From NCBI GenBank assembly GCA_016181405.1, contig JACOZJ010000004.1, positions 71,479 through 114,312 on the forward strand: a stretch of 42,834 bases of DNA, written 5' to 3'. This DNA is from Candidatus Wildermuthbacteria bacterium (GTDB taxonomy: Bacteria; Patescibacteriota; Minisyncoccia; Minisyncoccales; UBA10102). This document shows positions 36,111 to 42,834 of the stretch, piece after piece. A program made the position numbers and the translations under genes. Position 1 is the first letter of the stretch. Each line of letters opens with the position of its first letter. The notes under the pieces were generated by a model, which was not told the origin of the DNA, ran no database searches, and saw only the letters and a list, made by a program, of their open reading frames with translations.

Positions 36111-37310
36111 ATGGCAATTTGTGCAGGAGTCGGCCAAAGCAGGGAAAAGGATGCCGCCCAGGCGGGGTATGCAGCATGTAAAATCGCGCTGGAAAATTGC
36201 GGCAAGAAGCCGGATTTAACGATTGTCTTTTCTTCGGTAAGTTTTGATCAACAAGAGATGCTTAAGGGAGTTCGAGAAGCAAGTAATGGGGCCCCTCTTG
36301 TGGGCTGTACCGACGCGGGGGAGGTTACCAATGAAGGCCCAAGTCAACATTCCGTGGCGGTAATGGCGATATCTTCAGACCAAATCACGTTCCATACTGG
36401 TTTGGGGGAAAACGTCAAAGAAGGGGCAAGGGAAGCAGGGCGAGCGGTTGCTGAAGAAGTAAAGAAAAAAGCTGGGGTGGAGCCGCTCAAAGCATTCATC
36501 ATGTTTCCGGACGTACTCACTGGAAACGGGGCAGATATCGTGCGTGGGGTGCTCGACATAATGGGAGAACACTTCCCGGTGGTAGGAGGAGCCGCAGGGG
36601 ACGATTTTCTTTTTGAAAAAACGTATGAGTACCTGAACGATGAAGCAGTTTCGGGAGCAGTAGGAGGAGTGGGCCTTACGGGGAGATTTTCCATGGGATC
36701 CGGGGTGCGCCACGGGTGGATGCCTATTGGCGTACCCATGAAAGTAACGAAGTCGGAGGGTTCGGTATTGCATGAACTCGATGGCAAACCCGCCATCGCC
36801 ATTTATGAGAATTACTTTGGGGAAAAGACGGAAGAATTGCGTAAGGAGCCTTTGGCGCGAATGGCCATTACGTATCCTTTGGGAATTAAACTTCCGGGCA
36901 TGGATGAGTATCTTATCAGGGACCCCATTACTGTGGATGAGAAAGGCGCCATTACGTGCGCCGCTGAAGTCCCAGAGGGTTCGGAAGTCCGTTTGATGAT
37001 TGGAAGTACGGAAAAAGCGGTGGAAGCAGCCCAAGACGCCGCCCGAAAGCTAATGAAAGACTTTGAGAAGGCAGGGACAAAGCCGAAGTTCGCGTTGATG
37101 TTCAACTGCATCGCGAGAGAAAAACTTTTCGGTGCTCGAGCCAAAGAAGAGATAGATGCCGTTCTGAAAATTATAGGGGAAGACGTCCCGCTTTTGGGCT
37201 TTTACACATATGGAGAGCAGGCACCCATTGGCGGAGAGCTTCACGATACAGAAAAAATCAGTTCACGCTTTTACAACGAGACCGTCGTGATGTTTGCTGT
37301 TGGCGAGTGA
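36111..37310 (+). CDS. FIST N + FIST C domain sensor protein (NosP-like)
   Basis: PLVGCTDAGE, FPVVGGAAGD, HGWMPIG, VLHELDGKPA, FNCIAR, LGFYTYGE; start 36111 or 36099. Confidence 0.92.
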   Translation: MAICAGVGQSREKDAAQAGYAACKIALENCGKKPDLTIVFSSVSFDQQEMLKGVREASNGAPLVGCTDAGEVTNEGPSQHSVAVMAISSDQITFHTGLGENVKEGAREAGRAVAEEVKKKAGVEPLKAFIMFPDVLTGNGADIVRGVLDIMGEHFPVVGGAAGDDFLFEKTYEYLNDEAVSGAVGGVGLTGRFSMGSGVRHGWMPIGVPMKVTKSEGSVLHELDGKPAIAIYENYFGEKTEELRKEPLARMAITYPLGIKLPGMDEYLIRDPITVDEKGAITCAAEVPEGSEVRLMIGSTEKAVEAAQDAARKLMKDFEKAGTKPKFALMFNCIAREKLFGARAKEEIDAVLKIIGEDVPLLGFYTYGEQAPIGGELHDTEKISSRFYNETVVMFAVGE

Positions 37311-37325
37311 CGGCTTAAAGAATCC

Positions 37326-38345
37326 ATGGATATTTTTGGCGCACAGGTCCTTGTACTTGGATGGCTGCTTTTGATTGGCGGCGGCGTTCTGTTAGTTGTT
37401 TCCGCAACCTTGGTTTATCGACGTTCAAAACAAATCGCAGAACAGACCAAGAGAATAAATGCCCGTCTTCAGGAGCTTTTACGGGAAAGCCATGAAAGCG
37501 GGAAAATACTTGTGCGGAAAGATCGGGAATTAACTCTTGCGAACCAGACATTAGTCGAACGCACACACGATCTTGAAGAAGCGGGGAAACTGCTGGTACG
37601 GCGTGATCTGGAACTTACCCAAAGCAACGAACGGCTACGCGATTTGGACGCCATCAAATCGCAGTTTGTGTCGGTTGCGGCTCATCAACTGCGCACCCCG
37701 CTCGCCGGGATTAAGTGGACGCTCTACGCGCTTTTGGAAGAGCGTACGGGGAAGTTGAACGCAGAGCAAAAAACATTCGCCGGAGACGCGTATAAGGCAA
37801 CACTCCGCTTAATTGAACTGGTGAACGACCTGTTGGACGCTTCCCGTTTGGAAGAGGGAAGATTTGGATTCAAAACGCAAAAGCAGGATTTTCTGCCCGT
37901 GGTGCAAAGCACATATGAGAAGTTTGAGAAATCTGCCAAAGAGAAAGGAGTAACGTTTTCGTTTGTAGCGCCAAAAGAACCTCTGCCCACCCTTACGATT
38001 GATAAAGAGAAAATAACTATTGCGCTGGAAAATATGGTTGACAACGCGTTAAAATACACTCCTCCCGGCGGGCGGGTGACAATCAGGCTCTTCAAGGAGA
38101 AAAACCAAGTAATCTGTGACGTGGCAGATACCGGAATCGGAATGCCCAAAGATCAAACGTCCAAAATCTTCACGAAATTTTTCCGGGCGGAGAACGCCCA
38201 GCTTTCCCAAACAAGCGGTACGGGCCTCGGCCTATACCTGGCCAAAAATATTATTGAACATCACGGGGGCGCGATCTTCTTCACAACAAAAGAAAATCAA
38301 GGAAGCACGTTTACGTTCACGCTTCCTATCCCAGTTAAAACATGA
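37326..38345 (+). CDS. Histidine kinase (1 TM, coiled coil, HisKA, HATPase; no sensor domain)
   Basis: AAHQLRTPL H-box, NMVDNALKYT, DTGIGMP, FTKFFRA, GTGLGLYL, GSTF. Confidence 0.93.
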   Translation: MDIFGAQVLVLGWLLLIGGGVLLVVSATLVYRRSKQIAEQTKRINARLQELLRESHESGKILVRKDRELTLANQTLVERTHDLEEAGKLLVRRDLELTQSNERLRDLDAIKSQFVSVAAHQLRTPLAGIKWTLYALLEERTGKLNAEQKTFAGDAYKATLRLIELVNDLLDASRLEEGRFGFKTQKQDFLPVVQSTYEKFEKSAKEKGVTFSFVAPKEPLPTLTIDKEKITIALENMVDNALKYTPPGGRVTIRLFKEKNQVICDVADTGIGMPKDQTSKIFTKFFRAENAQLSQTSGTGLGLYLAKNIIEHHGGAIFFTTKENQGSTFTFTLPIPVKT

Positions 38346-38611
38346 AAAAAACTGTAACATTGCATCCATCAAGAATCGGCTGCCCCTCCATACCGGGGAC
38401 CATGAAAGGAATTGTTATGTCGGTTCCAGGCGTTGAGGACGTTAAGGTGAGGTACGAAGAACGTTCGCTCGATATAACGTTTGACGAAGCAAAAACTTCA
38501 GAAACCGAGATTATCAAGAAAATCGGGCAGGAAATGGGTTTGGCAATGGAAGTAGCCGAAACGCATGGGGCAAAGAAAGAAGGAAACGTGTCTGAAACCT
38601 GCCCAATGTAA
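38342..38611 (+). CDS. HMA (CopZ-like) ferredoxin-fold protein with a degenerate CxxC
   Basis: IGCPSI...VPGVEDVKVRYEERSLDITFD...IIKKIG; ATGA overlap with the kinase stop. Confidence 0.7.
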   Translation: MKKTVTLHPSRIGCPSIPGTMKGIVMSVPGVEDVKVRYEERSLDITFDEAKTSETEIIKKIGQEMGLAMEVAETHGAKKEGNVSETCPM

Positions 38612-38696
38612 TAAAATACGGTGGTCATTATACCAAAAAGTTCGGACTCATTTCCAGCAGAATCCCAAATGATGTGCCACGCGCGGAGCGCGTGGT

Positions 38697-38824
38697 GGCT
38701 CTGAACAAAATCGTACGCTGCGGACTCGGTCAGTATGGCGGAGCGAAATACGGATTCGCGGGCAAAAATTTCCTCCCCTTGAACCCCTCCATTTTTGCCC
38801 GCTCGAAATTGCAGCAATCAGAAA
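38697..38824. repeat. Left site X-core-Y (attL-like)
   Basis: Arms X (38697-38757) and Y (38803-38824) are exact reverse complements of the right-site arms; the 45-bp core 38758-38802 is an exact direct repeat of 41141-41185. Confidence 0.92.
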
Positions 38825-38829
38825 CTAAA

Positions 38830-41097
38830 TCAGAAACTAAAATTAATGTCCAAATATTTTGGAACTTTAATTTCTTTAGTCTGTGTATTAACGGATCCGT
38901 AGGGTAGATATATCAATAAATTTGGACAATATTGTTTTGTTCCAAAATTAAAACAGTAATTTCCTGTGTACTTGTAAGTAGCGTCTGGAGTTAAGTTTAA
39001 ATCAGTCTTTGTTGTGATGCTTTTAACCGGATTTTCTGTAAAAAATCTTAATTGGGTTCTACCGTAAAATGAATTACTAGTCTCAAATGCTAAATCTGCT
39101 GAATACACATAATTGTCGAGCAAGATAGGAAAATTAAATTCAGTTGCATTTTTAGAATGATCTTTAAGTAAATCACTACATTCTTTTTCATCAAACGAAC
39201 AAAGTACATACCCACCACCCTTTACCGCTACAAATCTTTCCAACTTTGATTTAGATTCAAAATCCATTCGAATATGATTATCTGTGATAATATTCGGAGT
39301 AAAATTTGAAGTTACTTTGAGTTTTAATTTAGGATCGCCCAACAAGTAGTTATAACTTTTATAATAGAAATTATCACCTTCAGGATTTTGCTTGCCAGTA
39401 GTATATAGGTTGTAAGCGTCCTCTATCCTTGAATTTAGAAACTGACCCTGTCCTACAGGCATAGTGAGTGTATTTTGAACTAACATTCTTTGTTCGCTAC
39501 CAAAGTATAATTCACTTGCCACAAAAGATATTTCTGCGCTACCCAAGAAACCAACGGCACCATTTTTAATTGCCTCGTAGCCAACAATTGGATTGCCGCG
39601 AGTGGCTTCCGGCGTGCCTGGGTTCCACGGCTCTAGAGCAGCACATCCAAAGGCAAAAATAAAAGTAGGATTATTAAACACGGGCATTTCGGCAACACCT
39701 ATATTCCCCAAAATATTTCTCCATGAGTGTCCACTATAAACGAATACAGAGGAGTCTTTTACATCGGTAATAACCGCAGTTTTATCAGTGAGGGAATTAT
39801 AATCTTTGAGATTTGGCAAATATTTTTTGGTAAAATCATTATTGAGAACTGGATCAATTTTAGCTGCGTTTTGTCGCAATACGGGATCACCACTGCTGTA
39901 CGGCGACCAAGTTACTACCTTATCTGATTTCGCAATTTTTTCATAAAAGAGAGAGCGAGCGATCAATGAGGAGGCGTCGCTTACTGAATAGCCAGTTATT
40001 GCGCCAACAGAAGCATCTGGTACATACTCATTAGAATTGTTGTAGTCAGCCCAATAGTACAAATTAACAAAGTATTGATGGTCATCATCCTGATTATAAA
40101 GAGTTCCTTGCGGGACTATATTGAACTGTAAAAATGGTAAATTGTTTTCGTTGCCAACAGAAACTAAATAGGCGGGGTGAAATCCGTTTTGGGTTGCTTG
40201 ACTGACAGATTGTTTGACAGATTCACGAGTCGGATTTTTAACATTCAAAATTACACCGTCTCTTCCTCCAGCAAGAATTGGAGCGACGAGAGAAAATCTT
40301 GGATTAGATGTTTTTGTAAGATCATCGCTTGTAGTCAAGATAAGATAGTCGGAATCTTTTTTGAGTAAATCATTCGCTTCATTTACCGTTAATGCGTGAT
40401 CAACATTTTCAGCAACTTCTATACCTATGCTTTTTGCACTCCAACTTTTTATTAAATTTCTTTCTTCGTTTTTTAACGGAGTGAAGAAAATTGGTATATT
40501 AAATCTAGCCGCGAATGATGTCGCGACAATACTAGAGGCATAATCTTCTCCATTAGAAATTACTACGAAATTTGAGGAGCTATATAGTTTAGCGTTAATA
40601 TTATCCGCTTGGAGTTTTTCACTTTTCTGATCGACGTATTGATAATTGTAGGTGTAAATTTTTTTAGGAGAATATTGCTGTATAAAAAGTTTTGGAGAAA
40701 AATCATCGAGCTTACCTTTGTTTTCCACAACTAATATCGGTGCTATTTTGGAAATGGAGCTCACCTTAAAAATTGTTTTCCAATCTACCTCGCTATTTTC
40801 AGAAGCAACACCGAGCATAAAGACAGAACCTGTATCAATGGCGGGCTTCGATTTTACCTCTTGGTTAAAAAGCGTTTTTGATCCGAAGCCCTGATTATGA
40901 TTATCCGAAGTGCTAGAAATAATGTTCTGATCAGTTTTTGTATCGTCGGTTCTAGTAAAATACAAATAAGCGTACCCGCTCCCGCCTAAAATCAAACAAA
41001 AGAACAATATCAAAACGATAAGTTTTTTGTGAGATGACCGTGGCGGTTGGGAAACAGAATACGTACTTTGTGGATTGTTTAATTCTTCTGGGATCAT
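38830..41097 (-). CDS. Membrane-anchored peptidase C25 (gingipain-like) with cell-wall-binding-2-like repeats
   Basis: N-terminal TM; VVISNGEDYASSIVATSFAARFNIPIFFT (CWB2-like); YLVSVGNENNLPF, VPDASVG, FVYSGHS (His), FAFGC (Cys), NGAVGFLG, YNYLLGDP; visibly AT-richer than its flanks. Confidence 0.75.
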   Translation of the reverse strand: MIPEELNNPQSTYSVSQPPRSSHKKLIVLILFFCLILGGSGYAYLYFTRTDDTKTDQNIISSTSDNHNQGFGSKTLFNQEVKSKPAIDTGSVFMLGVASENSEVDWKTIFKVSSISKIAPILVVENKGKLDDFSPKLFIQQYSPKKIYTYNYQYVDQKSEKLQADNINAKLYSSSNFVVISNGEDYASSIVATSFAARFNIPIFFTPLKNEERNLIKSWSAKSIGIEVAENVDHALTVNEANDLLKKDSDYLILTTSDDLTKTSNPRFSLVAPILAGGRDGVILNVKNPTRESVKQSVSQATQNGFHPAYLVSVGNENNLPFLQFNIVPQGTLYNQDDDHQYFVNLYYWADYNNSNEYVPDASVGAITGYSVSDASSLIARSLFYEKIAKSDKVVTWSPYSSGDPVLRQNAAKIDPVLNNDFTKKYLPNLKDYNSLTDKTAVITDVKDSSVFVYSGHSWRNILGNIGVAEMPVFNNPTFIFAFGCAALEPWNPGTPEATRGNPIVGYEAIKNGAVGFLGSAEISFVASELYFGSEQRMLVQNTLTMPVGQGQFLNSRIEDAYNLYTTGKQNPEGDNFYYKSYNYLLGDPKLKLKVTSNFTPNIITDNHIRMDFESKSKLERFVAVKGGGYVLCSFDEKECSDLLKDHSKNATEFNFPILLDNYVYSADLAFETSNSFYGRTQLRFFTENPVKSITTKTDLNLTPDATYKYTGNYCFNFGTKQYCPNLLIYLPYGSVNTQTKEIKVPKYLDINFSF

Positions 41098-41103
41098 ATT
41101 TGT

Positions 41104-41112
41104 ATTATAGCA
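41104..41112 (-). promoter_or_regulatory. Extended -10 promoter of the protease gene (leaderless)
   Basis: TGCTATAAT ends 6 nt before the ATG. Confidence 0.65.
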
Positions 41113-41118
41113 TTAAAT

Positions 41119-41272
41119 TTTCTGATTGCTGCAATTTCGAGCGGGCAAAAATTTCCTCCCCTTGAACCCCTCCATTTTTGCCCGCGAATCCGTATTTCGC
41201 TCCGCCATACTGACCGAGTCCGCGAGGCGGTGGGGCGGGGCGTTCGTCGAGCGTACGATTTTGTTCAGAGCC
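41119..41272. repeat. Right site rc(Y)-core-rc(X) (attR-like), with a 27-bp insert in X
   Basis: Exact blocks of 22, 45, 38 and 22 bp shared with the left site. Confidence 0.92.
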
Positions 41273-41380
41273 CCGCCAAAAGCATTCCCGCCGCTACGCG
41301 GCGGTTCGAGCCGATGTATAATGAGATTACAAATTGTCGGTGTAATGCAAAAACCCTTTATCAATTTAATCCCCGAAGCT

Positions 41381-42834
41381 ATGATCAAATATTTTATATA
41401 TTGCAGAAAATCGAGCGAGAATGAGGAACGCCAAGTTTTGAGCATTGAAGCGCAACTGACGGAGCTTCGGGAATTCGCCAAGCAACAAAATCTGTTTGTG
41501 GTAAAAGAGTTTTATGAAAGTAAAACAGCGAAAGAGCCTGGTCGCGAAGTATTTAACGAAATGCTTGGCGAAATTGAAAAAGGTTCTGCCTCGGGAATCT
41601 TAGCGTGGAATCCAGACCGTTTAGCGAGAAACTCGATTGACGGTGGCAAGGTCATATATTTTGTGGATACGCTAAAAATTGTTGCGCTAAAATTCCCGAC
41701 ATTTTGGTTTGAAGCGACACCCCAAGGAAAATTTATGTTAAGTGTCGCTTTCGGACAAGCAAAATATTACACCGACAATTTAAGAGAAAACATTTTGCGC
41801 GGTATTCGACAAAAAATACGCCGTGGTGAATTATCGGCAAAAGCCCCTCTCGGATATTTCAACGAGCCGAGATTGCGAACGATTGAGCCAGATAAAAAGA
41901 CCTTTGACAAAGTAAAAGAAGCGTTAGGGGCTTTTGCTACGGGGCAATACACGCTCACGGCAATTCAGCGCAAAATGTTTTCTCTTGGCTTGGTTGGCGC
42001 ACGGAGCGGTAAACCCCTTGTCCTCGCCTCGGTAGAGCATATTTTGAAAAATCCTTTTTATTATGGACATTTTCAGTACCGAGGCAAGGTGCATCAGGGT
42101 TCGCATAAGCCAATGATTTCAAAGAAACTTTTTGACAAAATACAGGAAGCACTTGTTGCCAATGGAAAGCCCCGCAAAAAGCGAGGAGAGAAAGGTTTGC
42201 TATACAAAGGATTCGCTGTATGCGGTGAGTGCGGCTATGCGATAACTGCTGAACGGAAGATAAAGAAAAGTGGATTGGTGTATCACTACTATCACTGCAC
42301 TTTCAAAAGCCGCACTCAAAAATGTTCACAAACTCGCTTTTTGCGGGAAGAAGAATTGTCGCGACAAGTGCAAGACATGGTTCAAAAAGTTTCTTTGCCT
42401 GATGAGTGGCGAAAAACTTGAAACTGAAAACGCCGATGTCCACCACTCATCAAACCTTTTCGTTCAAAATCTCAAAAACGATATTTCCGCCGTTTCAGCG
42501 CCTATCTCTCGCCTCACAGACGCTTACCTAAACGAAGCGCTGGAACTTGGCGAGTACTTGGAGCGCAAGAACGTGCTGACGGCGGAAAAACGGACGCTGG
42601 AAGAAAAATTGAGCGATTTTGAACGCAAAGGTAATCATTGGCTCGAACTCATGCGAAACTGGATTATTGAAGCCAACCAAGCTGGAAATCTCATTAAACA
42701 AGAAAATCTTTCGGGGATGAAAGATTTTCTTGCAGACATCGGCTCGAACCGCCGCGTAGCGGCGGGAATGCTTTTGGCGGAATTCAAAATGCCTTGGCGG
42801 GACTTGGCGAAAATACCAGTCCGAACCCGCGCCT
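41381..42834 (+). pseudogene. Large serine recombinase (resolvase + recombinase + Zn-ribbon + coiled coil) with a +1 frameshift at ~42416; runs off the window end
   Basis: YCRKSSE..RQVLSIEAQ, DRLARN, LKNPFYYG, CGECG..YYHC; TGA at 42419; coding (LETENAD..LTDAYL..GNHWLE..IGSNR) continues from 42417 to the window end. Start 41381 or 41345. Confidence 0.9.

Noticed and set aside
38335-38907. ORFs 38335-38817 (-), 38674-38907 (+), 41113-41481 (-) and the N-terminal extension of 41126-42421
   Set aside because: Their shared peptides (AGKNFLPLNPSIFAR, ESVFRSAILTESA) are just translations of the repeated DNA sites, not conserved proteins.

Overview
A 42.8-kb bacterial chromosomal segment in standard code 11 (TGA is used as stop). 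Gene content and style suggest a CPR/Patescibacteria (Parcubacteria-like) genome; this is an inference from the short IF2, a trigger factor without its PPIase domain, a type IV pilus locus without a secretin, a TrbC/VirB2-like pilin and many leaderless starts. In order: guaB-deaminase-guaA; an nrdR-nrdJ-pduO-DUF6580-DUF3467 B12/class II RNR operon followed by a standalone TSCPD gene; a 3D-domain gene; infB-rbfA; nine tRNAs across the window; a frameshifted DUF2339/thrombospondin-repeat locus; a three-gene accessory array downstream of tRNA-His punctuated by two families of short direct repeats; a kinase/receiver pair leading a type IV pilus cluster; a cation:proton antiporter; nusA-tig-clpP and rny; a pilin fused to a large extracellular domain; a REC-REC/FIST/kinase/HMA operon; and an AT-rich gingipain-like (C25) protease gene bracketed by two ~130-150 bp sites beside a frameshifted large serine recombinase. 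The most striking signals are (1) these two sites, whose 45-bp core is directly repeated while their arms are inverted, as expected for attL/attR formed from two palindromic parent sites, (2) one palindromic DNA element inserted in frame in both tig and nusA, and (3) the repeat-punctuated cassette array. All family calls come from motif recognition by eye; no searches were run.
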